DNA of 64,000 nt. Origin: Heptranchias perlo (lineage: Eukaryota). The translations under genes were made by a program, and so were the position numbers. Location of the stretch: the NCBI RefSeq assembly GCF_035084215.1, contig NC_090328.1:30442001-30506000 (forward strand), in the 5' to 3' direction. The notes under the pieces were generated by a model. It did not search any database. It was given only the letters and a program-made list of their open reading frames with translations, and was not told the DNA's origin. Shown here one piece after another: positions 1 to 12,205 of this stretch; within the stretch, counting starts at the first letter, position 1, and each line of letters begins with the position of its first letter.

Positions 1-493
1 ACCATGTCTAAACCAGAAATTTTTCCAGGGTATGAAGATTAATTCAGTGCTTCATAAATGGTGGGTCTTTAAGAGAAGTGAACATTGATTTTAGTGATCT
101 GGAAATGACCCTGTTAAATTCTTAGTAAAGTATTTTATCTTAGTTATTTGTAACAGTCCTTTTTTTAAAAGAAACACTGGTAACATGCTCTTTAAATTCC
201 ATTTTGAAGGAAAAGGGTAAGCTTGAATCCAAGCAATTCACATATCCTTAATTACAGTGGTGAACAGACCAGCTGAATTGTGTGTAGTGAGCCATCTGTT
301 TGTGTCAGTGACTGCATAAAGCAAAAAATGCATAATATCTGATGGGGAGGGAGAGACTAAGGTTCGCAAGATGAAGAACTCCCAGGTCACATGGAGACTA
401 GAATAATAAGCAGATAATGTTGAAATTATTTTAATTTTTTTCTGGGCCTAGGTCAGTACATAAATCAATCGATTTGCTCTCTCTTTTGTGCAG

Positions 494-577
494 ATGTCCT
501 CCGATGAAGAGAGGATTTCCAGCCCTGTATTGCCTAAAGATTCAGATCGGGGTAGTTCAGTCTCTTCTGATCTGCAG
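494..577 (+). CDS. POC5: POC5 centriolar protein, first coding exon (MSSDEERISSPVLPKDSDRGSSVSSDLQ)
   Basis: Pyrimidine tract and cag precede ATG at 494; 84 nt, ends CAG|gtaggg. Translation matches the recalled vertebrate POC5 N-terminus (MSSDEE...RGSSVSS.LQ). Confidence 0.93.
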
Positions 578-844
578 GTAGGGAGGAGGAATTTCAAGTT
601 TAGGTACTTGAGATAATCAGTCACTAAACATAATTTGTATATATATATTTAATAAAACATAAATCTCACATGCTTTTAGCAGTAACATTATGATACTACA
701 TGTACTGTCACTGTTTGCAGAGTTGTGCTGTATATTGGCATTTGTGGACAAATTGGTGCTTCCACCATCACCTGGCCCATCTTCTGTAGTTGTCCCAGAA
801 TACCATAGATGGGGAGGAGCTGTGTCTACAGCTTTGTTCATAGA

Positions 845-3235
845 ATCAGAAATTTATGGCACAGAAGGAGATCACTTGGCCCATTGTGTCGGTGCCAACT
901 GAAAAGAGTTAGCCCACTTTCCAGCACTTGGTCCATAGCCTTGTAGGTTATGGCACTTCAAGTGCATGTCTAAGTATTTTTTAAATGAGATGAGGGTTTC
1001 TGCCTCTACCACCCTTTCAGGCAGCAAGTTCCAGGCCCCCACCACCCTCTGGGTGAAAAAATTTCTCTTCCGCTCCTCTCTAATCCTTCTCTCAATTACT
1101 TTAAATCTATGCTGCCAGGTTATTGACCTCTCTGCTAAGGGAAATAGGTCCTTCCTATCCTCTCTATTTAGGCCCCTCATAATTTTATACACCTCAATTA
1201 AATCTCCCCAGCCTCCTCTGTTCCAAACAAAACAACCAATTTTTCCTCATAGCTAAAATTCTCCAGTTCTGGCAACATCCTCGTAAAACCCCTTTGTACC
1301 ATCTTTAGTACAATCACATCTTTCCTGTAATGTGGGGACCAGAGCTGTACGCAGTACTCTAGCTGCGGCCTAACTAGTGTTTTATACAGCTCTAGCATAA
1401 CCTCCCTGCTCTTACTTTCCTTTATTAGCTGAGGCATAGAATGTATCCCGTTTGGCTTAGCCACCTTATCTATCTGTCCTGCTACCTTCAGGGATTTGTG
1501 GACGTGCACTCCAAGGTCCCTCTGTTCCTCTACACCTCTCAGTATCCCCCATTTATTGTGTTTTCCCTTCCCTTTGTCCTCCCCAAATGCATCACCTCGC
1601 ACTTTGCTGGATTAAATTCCATTTGCCACCTTTCTGCCCACCTGACCTGTCCATTGATATCTTCCTGCAGTCTACAGCTTTCCTCCTCACTATCAAGCAC
1701 ACAGACAATTTTTGTATCATCTGCAAACTTCTTAAACATGTTCCCCCCCCCCGCCCCCACATTTAAGTCTAAATCATTATTATATACCACAAAAAGCAAG
1801 GGACCTAGTACTGAGCCCTGCGGGACCCCACTGGAAATAGCCATCCAGTCACAAAAGCACCCGTCAACCATTACCCATTGTTTCCTGCCACTGAGCTAAC
1901 TTTGGATCCAACTTGCCACTTTCCCTTGGATCCCATGGGCTTTTACTTTTCTGACTAGTCTGCCATGTGGGACCTTGTTAAAAACCTTGCTAAAATCCAT
2001 GCAGACTACATCAAATGCACTACCCTCATCGACCCTCCTTGTTACCTCCTCAAAAAATTAAATCAAATTAGTCAGACACGACCTTCCCTTAACAAATCCA
2101 TGCTGACTGTCCTTGATTAATCCGTGCCTTCCTAATAGCGATTAATAATGTCCATCAGAATTGTTTCCAATAGTTTGCCCACCACCGAGGTTAGGCTGAC
2201 TGGCCTGTAATTACTCGGTCTATCCCTTTCTCCCTTTTTAAACAACGTTAGCAGTCCTGCAATCCTCCAGCACCATGCCTGTAGCTAGAGAGAATTGTAA
2301 AATGATGGTCAGAGCCTCTGCTATTTCCTTCCTTGCTTCTCAACTGCCTGGGATGCATTTCGTCCGGCCCTGGCGACTTATCTACTTTCAAAGATGCTAA
2401 ACCCCTAAGTATTTCCTCCCTTCCTTTGTTTATCCCATCCGATATTTCACAGTCCTCCTCCTTAACTACAATGTCTGCATCGTCCCTCTCTTGTGAAGAT
2501 CGATGCAAAGTATTCATTAAGAACCATACCCACATCTTCTGTCTCCACATACAGGTTACTTTTTTGGTCTCAAAGGCCCTACTCTTTCCTTAGTTATCCT
2601 CTTGCTCTTTATGCATTTAGAAGACATCTTTGGGTTTTCCTTGATTTTACTTGCCAATATTTTTTCATGCCCTCTCTTTGCTTTCCTAATTTCCTTTTTA
2701 ATTTCACCCCTGCACTTTCTATACTCCTCTAGGCTTCCTGCAGTCTTGAGCTCTCAATATCTGATCATAAGATTCCCTTTTTTGCTTTATCCTATTCTGT
2801 GTGCTCCTTGACATCCAGGTGGCTGTAGATTTGGGAGACCCACCCTTTTTCTTTGTGGGAACATATTTGCTCTGAACCCTCACCATCTCCTCCTTGAATG
2901 CCTCCCACTGCTCTGATACTAATTTACCCTCAATTAGCTGTTTCCAGTTCACTTTTGCTAAATCACTTCAGCTTAGTAAAATTGGCCTTTTCTCCAATTG
3001 AGAACTTTACTCCTATCTTTGTCCTTTTCCATAACTATGCTAAATCTAACTGAATTCTGATCACTACCACCAAAATGCTCTTTCACCTGCCCAGCTTCAT
3101 TCCCTAAAACTAAGTCCAGAACTGCCCCCTCTCTTGTTGGGCTTGCCACATACTGGCTAAAAAAATGCTCCTGAATGCATTTTGAGAATTCTGTTCCCTT
3201 TATATCTTTTTACACTGATTCTATCCCAGTTAATA
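845..3235 (-). mobile_element. CR1 LINE, degenerate ORF2 (RT and 3' part)
   Basis: ORF fragments SGVPQGSVLGPLLF, KFADDTK, KSPGPD, LYKTLVRPQLEYCVQ; multiple frameshifts. Confidence 0.9.
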
Positions 3236-3340
3236 TTAAACTGAGGCCCTGTCTGCGCTCTCAGGTGGACGTAAAAGATCTCCTGGCACTATTTGAAGAA
3301 GAGCAGGGGAGTTCTCCCCGGTGTCCTGGCCAATATTTAT
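3236..3340 (+). mobile_element. Deu-domain SINE, 5' piece of a split copy
   Basis: AAACTGAGGCCCTGTCTG...GGTGTCCTGGCCAATATTTAT, colinear with the intact copy at 15880-16318. Confidence 0.8.
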
Positions 3341-4530
3341 AGGAACATAGGAACAGGAGTAGGCCCTCGTGCCTGCTCTGCCATTTGATAAGATCATGGC
3401 TGATCTGTGATCTAACTCCATATACCTGCCTTTGGTCCATATCCCTTAATACCTTTGGTTGCCAAAAAGCTATCTATCTCAGGTTTAAATTTAGCAATTG
3501 AGCTAGTATCAATTGCCGTTTGCGGAAGAAAGTTCCAAACTTCTACCACCCTTTGTGTGTAGAAATGTTTTCTAATCTCGCTCCTGAAAGGTCTGGCTCT
3601 AATTTTTAGACTGTGCCCCCTACTCCTAGAATCCCCAACCAGCGGAAATAGTTTCTCTCTATCCACCCTATCCGTTCCCCTTAATATCTTATAAACTTCG
3701 ATCAGATCACCCCTTAACCTTCAAAACTGCAGAGAATACAACCCCAATTTGTGTAATCTCTCCTCGTAACTTAACCCTTGAAGGCTGGGTATCATTCTAG
3801 TAAACCTACGCTGCACTCCCTCCAAGGCCAATATGTCCTTCTGAAGGTGCGGTGCCCAGAACTGCTCACCGTACTCCAGGTGCGGTCTAACCAGGGTTTT
3901 GTATAGCTGCAGCGTAACTTCTGCCCCCTTGTACTCCAGTCCTTTAGATATAAAGGCCAGCATTCCATTAGCCCTCTTGATTATTTTCCGCACCTGTTCA
4001 TGACACTTCAATGATCTATGTACCTGAACACCTCGGTCCCTTTGGACATCCACTGTTTTTAACTTTTTACCATTTAGAAAGTACCCTGTTCTATCCTTTT
4101 TTTGATCCAAAGTGGATGACCTCACATTTGTCTACATTGAATTCCATTTGCCACAGTTTTGCCCATTCACCTAATCTATCAATATTGTTTTTGTAATTTT
4201 ATGTTTTCATCTACTCTGCTTACAATGCCACCAATCTTTGTCATCAGCAAACTTAGATATGAGACTTTCTATGCCTTCATCTAAGTCGTTAATAAATATT
4301 GTGAATAATTGAGGCCCCAAGATAGATCCCTGCGGGACTCCACTAGTCACATCCTGCCAATGTGAGTACCTACCCATTATCCCTACTCTCTGTTGCCTTT
4401 CACTCAGCCAACTTCCTATCCAAGTCCGTATTTTTCCCTCTATTCCATGGGCTTCTATCTTAGCTAATATATCAAATGCCTTCTGGAAGTCCATATAAAT
4501 AACATACATTGACATTCCCCTGTCCACTAC
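3341..4530 (-). mobile_element. CR1 LINE 3' portion nested in the SINE
   Basis: [27 protein letters not shown]; tail repeat AGGAACAT at the left end. Confidence 0.9.
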
Positions 4531-4625
4531 TCAACCAACACCTAAAAATTATCACATTGCTGTTTGTGGGACCTTGCTGTGCACAACAGTGACTACGTTT
4601 CAAAAGTACTTCATGGGCTGTAAAT
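4531..4625 (+). mobile_element. Deu-domain SINE, 3' piece of the split copy
   Basis: TCAACCAAC...ATTGCTGTTTGTGGGACCTTGCTGTG...AAAAGTACTTCAT resumes where 3236-3340 stops. Confidence 0.75.
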
Positions 4626-4990
4626 CCCCTACTATTACTGCCCTATTCGTCTACATATCTTCTATCTCCCTCTGACTGTTTGGGGGTCTACGGTACATTC
4701 CCAGCAGTGTGATTACCCCTTTTTTGTTCTTTTAGCTCAACCCATATGGCCTCATTTGATGATCCTTCAAACATGTCATCTCTCCTCACAACTGTAATTA
4801 TTTGTTCAACCAATATTGCCAACCCCCTCCTTTTTTAACCCCCTTTCTATCTCGTCTGAAAACCCTGTAACCAGGAATGTTGAGCTGCCATTCCTACCCC
4901 TCTTTAAGCCATATTTCAGTAATAGCTATGATATCATACTTCCACGTGTCCATCTGTGCCCTTAGCTCATCTGCCCTATTCACTCGACTC
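4626..4990 (-). mobile_element. CR1 APE-endonuclease fragment
   Basis: Minus-strand translation gives DELRAQ..YDIIAITE.WL and RPPNS motifs. Confidence 0.75.
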
Positions 4991-5480
4991 AGTATTGACG
5001 TCACTATATACAACAGTTTTATTGTCGATTATATAAGCATTCCAGGTTGATTACTTTTTTAGTGCAAGTATAACTGTTCTGGAGATGTGCCTTAAGCATT
5101 AGTCACCCTTGTGGTGCTGCTACCTGTATTTCTTCAATAGCAAGGAGTAAGACATCCTGATGCAGTTAATTGTCTGCATGAATTTACACTACTGCATTCA
5201 GGAATGAGAGATGATGGGATATTTTTCTGCAGCCTGCAAAACAAGATGACAGTATACCATTCCTGAGTGCCAACTGTCATACAACACTGAAAACATCAAT
5301 GATAAATGGAGTTAAACTTTGAGCATATATTTTCTGAGGTTTTCCAGGCACATTTGCTACTTATTCATCCCAACGTAGTTTGGTTGTGATTACCAAATGA
5401 AAAGCTCAGTGTTTGTAATTGGAGTTGGATGTGTAACATCACACTTAATCTTTTTCAAAAGGATTATTAAATTAGTGTAT

Positions 5481-5757
5481 TCACTCCTGAGTCAGAAGGT
5501 GGTGAGTTCAAACCCCAATCCAGAGACAGCACGTATTCTAGACTGACACTTCAGTGCAGTACTGAGTACTGCATTGCCAGAGGTGTTGTCTTTTGGATGA
5601 GACGTTAAACTGAGGCCCCCGTCCACCCTTTGAGGTGGATGTAAAAGATATCGTACTATTCAAAGTTGCCAGTGGAGTTTTTCCAGTGCCCTGGCCTAGA
5701 TTATCCCTCAACCAACATCACTAAAATAGATTATCTAATTGTTTACCTCATTGCAAA
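5481..5757 (+). mobile_element. Deu-domain tRNA-derived SINE
   Basis: B-box GAGTTCAAACC; core GGATGAGACGTTAAACTGAGGCCCC. Confidence 0.8.
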
Positions 5758-6039
5758 ATAGTGCATTGTTATGTGGAGCACTGTTTAGAGGTCTCCCTGA
5801 TGTCTTTAGTGGTACATACCTTATCTGCTGTTAGATGACCAATAAAGAATACACACTAATATATATGTGCTGTACATAGTGAGGTGGAGGGGTTTGTTGC
5901 AAGAATTGTATGTCAGGGATGAAAGTATCTTTCTGTTCTTACTCTCCTTGCCTTTTACATTGTACATGTTAAAACCAAAACTTATCTCTTGTAAGTCTGT
6001 CAATTTAAAAATATTGGGAGAATTGCTGCTCTGGTTGCT

Positions 6040-6357
6040 GAGTTGCAACTTGGGCAAGTGGGTGGGCAAAAAAATGGCAGATGGACTATGAAGTATGAGG
6101 TTATCTGCTTTGCAGAGACTAGGAACTGTGGAGGAGCAAAGGGACTTAGATGTCCATGTGCACAAATCACTAAAAGCTAGTGCGTAGGAACAAAAAGTAA
6201 TTAAAAATGGCTAATGCAATCGTGACCTTTATCACAAGGGGGTTGGAATACAAAAGTGAGGAACTGATGCCTCAGCTGTACCAAGCATTGATCAGACGCC
6301 ACCTGGAGTACTGCATTCAGTTTTGGACATTGAATCTCAGGAAAGATATTGACCTTG
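6040..6357 (+). mobile_element. CR1 RT fragment
   Basis: RGLEYKSEE..QLYQALIRRHLEYCIQFW. Confidence 0.8.
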
Positions 6358-6359
6358 GA

Positions 6360-6690
6360 AAAGAAAGAAAGACTTGTATTTATATAGCGTTTTTCACAAT
6401 CTCAGGACGTCCCAAAGCGCTTTACAGCCAATTAAATATTTTTGAAGTGTAGTCACTGTTGTAATGTAAGAGACGCAGCAGCTAATTTGCGTACAGCAAG
6501 CTCCTGCAAACAGCAGTGTGATAATGACCGGATAATCTGTTTTTATTGATGGTTGCGGGATAAATATTGGCCAGGACACCAGGGATAACTTCCCTGCTCT
6601 TCGAAAAATAATGCTGTGGGATCTTTTACGTCCACCTGAGGGGGTAGATGGGGCTTATGTTTAACGTCTCATCTGAAAGACGGCACCTCA
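6360..6690 (-). mobile_element. Deu-domain SINE
   Basis: Reverse complement of the body and tail of the 15880-16318 copy. Confidence 0.85.
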
Positions 6691-6691
6691 A

Positions 6692-8005
6692 AGATGACAG
6701 GTAGCGTTGTAAGCAGTGTAGATGGAAGCATAAAATTAGAGATATATTAATAGATTAGGTGAATGGGCAAAACTGTGGCAAATGGAATTCATTGTAGGCA
6801 AGTGTGAAATCATCCACTTTGGACCTAGAAAGGATAGATCAGAGTACTTTCTAAATGGTGCAAAGCTCCAAAGAAACTTAGAGGTCCATGTACATAGATC
6901 ATTAAAATGTCATTGACAGATATAGAAAATAATCTGTAATGTTAATGGAATGCTGACCTTTATATCTAGAGGACTGGAATACAAGGGGATAGAAGTTATG
7001 CTACAGCTATACAAAGCCCTGGTTAGATCGCACCTGGTGTACTGTGTTCAGTTCTGGGCACTGCACCTTAGGAAGAATATATTGGCCTTGGAGGGATGCA
7101 GCATAGATTCACTAGAACGATATCTGGACTCCCAAGGGTTAAATTACGAGGTGAGATTACACAAACCAGGGTTATATGCCCTAAAAAAAAAATTAGAGCC
7201 AGGACTTTCAGGATTGAAGTTGGGAAAACTTCTATATGTAAAGAGTGGTGGAAGTTTGAAAAACTCTTCTGCAAATGGCAGTTGATGCTAGCTCAATTGT
7301 TAAACTATCAATCTCAGATTTAAATTTTTTTTTTGTTAACCAAAGGTGAGGCGAGTATATAGTTAGGTCACAGATCAGCCATGTTCTCATTGAATGGCGG
7401 AGCAGGCTCGAGGGGCTAACTGACCAACTCCTATTCCTATGTTCCTCCAACAATGCAGCACTCCCTCAGAACTGCACTGGAGTGTCAGCCTAGATTTTGT
7501 GCTCGAGTCTGAGTGGGACTTGGAAGGGATACAGTGTAAAATCACCATACTGATACCAGGACTTCAAGGGTTAAATTATGAGGACAGGCTACCGAAATGT
7601 GGCTTGTGTTCCCTCAAGTTTAGGAGATTTGAGGTGTGATCTAATTGAGTTGTTTAAAATGATAAAGGGATTCAATAGGGTAGATACATAGAAACTATTT
7701 CCTTTGATGGAGGAATCCAGAACAAGAGGGCATAATAAAATTGGAGCTAGGCCATTTAGGAGTGAAATCAGGAAGCACTTTTCCCCATGAAAGGCTTTTG
7801 GAAATCTGGAAAACACTCCCCCAAAAAACTGTGGATGCTGGGTTAATTGAAATTGTCAAGAGATTGATCGTTTTTATTCGTTCCGGGTGTCAAGAGATAA
7901 GGAGCAAAAGTGGGTAGAGTTAAGGTACGGATTAGCCATGATCTAATTGAATGGCAGAACAGGCTCGAGGGGCTAATTGATGTTCTCCTGTTCCTAAGTT
8001 ATGTT
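6692..8005 (+). mobile_element. Two tandem CR1 3' fragments (about 6692-7445 and 7520-8005) separated by a SINE head fragment
   Basis: RGLEYKGIEVMLQLYKALVR; two CR1 tails GAATGGC(G/A)GA(G/A)CAGGCTCGAGGGGC. Confidence 0.8.
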
Positions 8006-8266
8006 CTAACATTGTAAATGCGTTCAAAAGAACATGTTCATGATGTGCATAGTAACCAAAGTAATTTATTCCCATGGTTTCTCATTACTATATTCACTTT
8101 CTAATTTCTTGTTTCTTAGCTCCTTTTCTATTGTTTTGCTATATTTTCAACTATCTGGATCAAATAGTTCTGGTTTTAATGTTTTTTTTTTCTCTCTGTG
8201 GGTTACCTTTATGATCTTTTTATAATATCTTGTTGCTGATATGTGAACCTTGTGATTGTAGCACAT

Positions 8267-8575
8267 CACTACTTGAGTGCAGAATCTAGGCTGACACTCC
8301 AGTCTAGTGCTGAGTGCTACATTATTGGAGGTGTCATTCTTTGGCTGAGACATTAAACTCGTCTCAATTGCTTGTTCCTGTAGACATTAAAGATCCCAAA
8401 GCAATGAGCTGTCCGGGTGTTCTGACCAACAATCCTTCCTCTACCAATAACACTTTTTAAAAAAAAAAACTAATTGGTCGATCTCATTGCCGCATTTAAA
8501 TCACTGCATTCCAAAAGTAATTCTTTCTTTAAAGCTCGTTGACATATTTTGATCATTTGGTAAGGCACTAATATG
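8267..8575 (+). mobile_element. Degenerate Deu-domain SINE
   Basis: TCTAGGCTGACACTCCAG...TGAGACATTAAAC...AAAGATCCC similar to the other copies. Confidence 0.65.
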
Positions 8576-9329
8576 TGAAGTATGTTTCTTCTCATCAGAC
8601 TGAGACCTTGTAAGGTACACAGTCCCTAACTCAGCACAACCATTGAATGTGTAATGTATTCACTGATTGAAAGCCCACTAGGAGGACCCTTTGATCAAGT
8701 TCACTAATTTGTTGTCCACCTGCACTAGGTCGAAGGGACCACAATCTAAGGAGATGTTTAAAGTAATGGGCACTCCCAAGCCATGAAGCTGAAACATTTT
8801 GTGTGTTATATCGATATTGACAGCAAATACTAGTGGCCTGCAGTTTTTTTTAGTATGGGCGGGGGGGGAGGGATTTGAAGGGTTGTCCATCTAACATAAA
8901 TAATTTTTAGCTGCTGGATTTGTCCATGTATGGTGATTCTTCATTTGCTCCATCTCGTGCTTTCCAACTGGTTTGGTAGAAAATTCTACAAAGTGTAAAC
9001 CCAATCCAATTTGATAACAAGATGATCAAAAGTCAGCTAACTATGCTGGCTAGTAATTATAATGATACAGTCCCCAATGCTTATAGTGGGCATGTTGGTG
9101 TCAATGAAATTTGCCTGCTATATGCGGTGATGGGTGTAATCTGACAGCCGAGATCCTGGAGGTGACGGGCAATGCAGCGCGGGACCATGCTATCTTCTGA
9201 CACTTGCCATTGCATCACAGGTGTGTTTTCCAGTAAAGGATGCATTGAACTTGGTTTATTGCAATGATCTGAATGTAGATTCGTTAAAAGGATTCTGGGT
9301 GTAAACTGTTCTGGTTGTGTATTTTAAAG

Positions 9330-11180
9330 AGGAGATAGTGTGGGTACAAACTCGACACATTCCCACGAGGGGGAAAGTAAGTGACTAAAGATTTAGAGAT
9401 TAAAATGAAACAGAAAAAGGAGGCTTATGATAAATGTTGGTTTCATAATTCAGTAGAGAACCAAGCTGAATACAGGGAGAACTGAAAAAGGAAATGAGGG
9501 GCAAAGAGAGTGTATGAGAATGGGTAACATAAAGGAAGCCCAAAAGTTTTTTTATAAACCTATAAATAGTAAATGGGTCGTCAAGGGAAGAGTGGAGCCA
9601 ACTAGGGGCCAAAAAGGAGATCGTCTCACGGAGGCAGAGGGTACTAAATGAGTACTTTGCATCTGTCTTCACTAAAGAATTGGATGCTGCCAATGTCACA
9701 GTAAAGGAGAAGATAGTAGAGAAATTGGATAGGATTAAAAATAGATAGAGGAGGTACTAAAAAGGTTGGCAATACTCAAATTAGATAAGGTACCCGGTCT
9801 GTATGGGATGCATCCTAGGTTGCTAAGGGAAGTAAGGGTGGAAATTGTTGAGGCTGTGGCCACAATCTTCTAATCCTTCTTAGATATGGGAGTGGTGCCA
9901 GAGGACTGGAGGATTGCAAATGTTATACCCCTGTTCAAAAAAAGGGGAGCAGGATAAACCTGGCAACTACAGGCCAGTCAGCCTAATGTTGGAGGTGGGT
10001 AACTTTTAGGGACATTAATCTGGGACAAAATTAATTGGCACCTAGAAAAATATGGGTTAATAAATGAAAGCCAGCACAGATGTTAAAGGCAAATCGCGTT
10101 TGACTAACTTGATTGAGGGTAGTACAGTTGTATACAGATTTTCAAAAAGCGTTTGAAAAGTATCACATAATAGACTTGTTAGCAAAGTTGAAGCCCATGG
10201 GATTAAAGGGCCAGTGGCAGCGTGGATATGAAATTGGTTGAGGGACAAAGCATAGAGTAGTGGTGAATGGTTAGTTGGTTTTTCAGACTGGAGCGAAGTG
10301 TGCAGTGGTGTCCCCAGGGGTCAGTGTTGAGACCACTGCTCTTCTTGATACATATTAATGACCCGTACTTGGGTATACAGGGCATAATTTCAAAGTTTGC
10401 AGATCTCTCAAAACTCAAATGTAGTAAACAATGTGAAGGATTGTTAGACATTAGGAGGACATAGACAGAATGGCGAAATGGGCAGACACATTGCAGATGA
10501 AATTTAAGAAGAGTCAAGTGATTCATTTTGGGAGGAAAAATGAGGAGAGGCAATATAAAACTAAATGGTACAATTTTAAAGGGGTTGCAGGAACAGTGAC
10601 CTGGGGGTGTAAGTACACAAGTCTTTGGAGGTGGCAGAACAAGTTGAGAAGGCTGTTAAAAACACATATGGGATCCTCGGCTTTATGCATAGAATACAAA
10701 AGCAAGGAAATTATGCTAAACCTTTATTTAAAAAAAAATGGTTAGGCCCAGCTGGAGTATTATGTCCAATTCTGGGCACCACACTGTAGGAAGGCCGTCA
10801 AGGCCTTAGAGGGTCCAGAAGAGAGTTACTAGAAGGGTACCAGATTTCAGTTATGTGAGAGACTAGAGAATCTGGGGCTGTTCTCCTTAGAGCAGAGCAG
10901 AGCAGGTTAAGGGGAGATTTGATAGAGGTGTTTGAAGTCATGAAGTGTTTTTATAGAGTAAATAAGAAGAAACTGTTTCCAGTGGCAGAAGGGTTGGTAA
11001 CCAGAGGACACAGAACTAGAGGTGACCATAAGGAAAAAATTTTTTAGAGTTATGATCTGGAATGCGCTGCCTGACAGAGTGGTGGAAGCAGATTCAATAA
11101 TAACTTTCAAAAAGGAATTGGATACTTGAAGTGGAAAAGTTTGGGCGATGGCGAAAGAGCAGGGGAGTGGGACTAATTAG
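9330..11180 (+). mobile_element. Degenerate CR1 ORF2
   Basis: LNEYFASVFT, PGNYRPVSL, PQGSVLRPLLFLIHIND, KFAD; CR1 tail near 11100-11180. Confidence 0.88.
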
Positions 11181-12205
11181 AACTTAATAGTAGCAGGAGT
11201 AGGCCATAAGGCCCCTCGATCCTGCTCTGCCTTTAATAAAATCATGGCTGATCTTTGACCTCAATGCTGTTTTCCTGCCCGATCCCCATATCCCTTGATT
11301 TCCCCTAGAGTCCAAAAATCTATCTATCCCAGCCTTGAATATACTCAATAACTCGGCATCAACAGCCCTCTGGGGTAGAGAATTCCAAAGATTCACAACC
11401 CTCTGAATGAAGAAATTCCTCCTCATCTCAGTCTTAAATGGCCGACCCCTAATCCTGCAACTGTGCCCTCTAGTTCTAGACTCTCCAGCCAGGGGAAACA
11501 AACTCTCAGCATCTACCCTGTCAAGCTCCCTCGTAGTCTTGTGTTTCAATGTGATCACCTCTCATTCTTCTAAACTCCAGAGAGTATAGGCCCATTCTAT
11601 TCAACCTCTTCTCATAGGACAACCCTCTCATCCCAGGAATTAATCTAGTGAACTTCTGTTGCACCGCCTCTAAGGCAAGTATATGCCTCCTTAGATAAGG
11701 AGACAAAACTGTACCAGTACTCCATGTGAGATCTCACCAAAGCCCTGTACAATTGTAGTAAGACTTCCTTACTCTTGTAGTCCAACCCCCTTGCAATAAA
11801 GACCAACATGCCATTTGCTTTCCTAATTGCCTGCTGTACCTGCATGCTATCGTTTTGTGTTTCTTGTACCAGGACACTCAAATCTTTCTGGACACCAACA
11901 TTTAATAGTTTCTTATTTAAAAATATTCTGTTTTTCTATTCTTCCTATCAAAGTGAATAACCTCACATTTCCCCACATTATACTCCATTTGCCACCTTCT
12001 TGCCCACTCACTTAACCTGTCTTTTAACCCTTTGCAGACTTTGTCCTCCTCACTGCTTACTTTCCCACCTAGCTTTGTAGTGTCAACAAACTTGGATAAA
12101 TTACTCAGTTCCTTCATCCAAGTCATTAATATGGACTGTAAATAGCTGAGACCAAGCACCGAGCCTTGTGGCACCCCACGAGTTACAGCCTGCCAACCTG
12201 AAAAT
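11181..12205 (-). mobile_element. CR1 3' portion, tail-to-tail with the preceding copy
   Basis: PQGSVLG, WQMEYNVGKCEVIHF, RRNFFIQRVVNLWNSLP. Confidence 0.9.
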
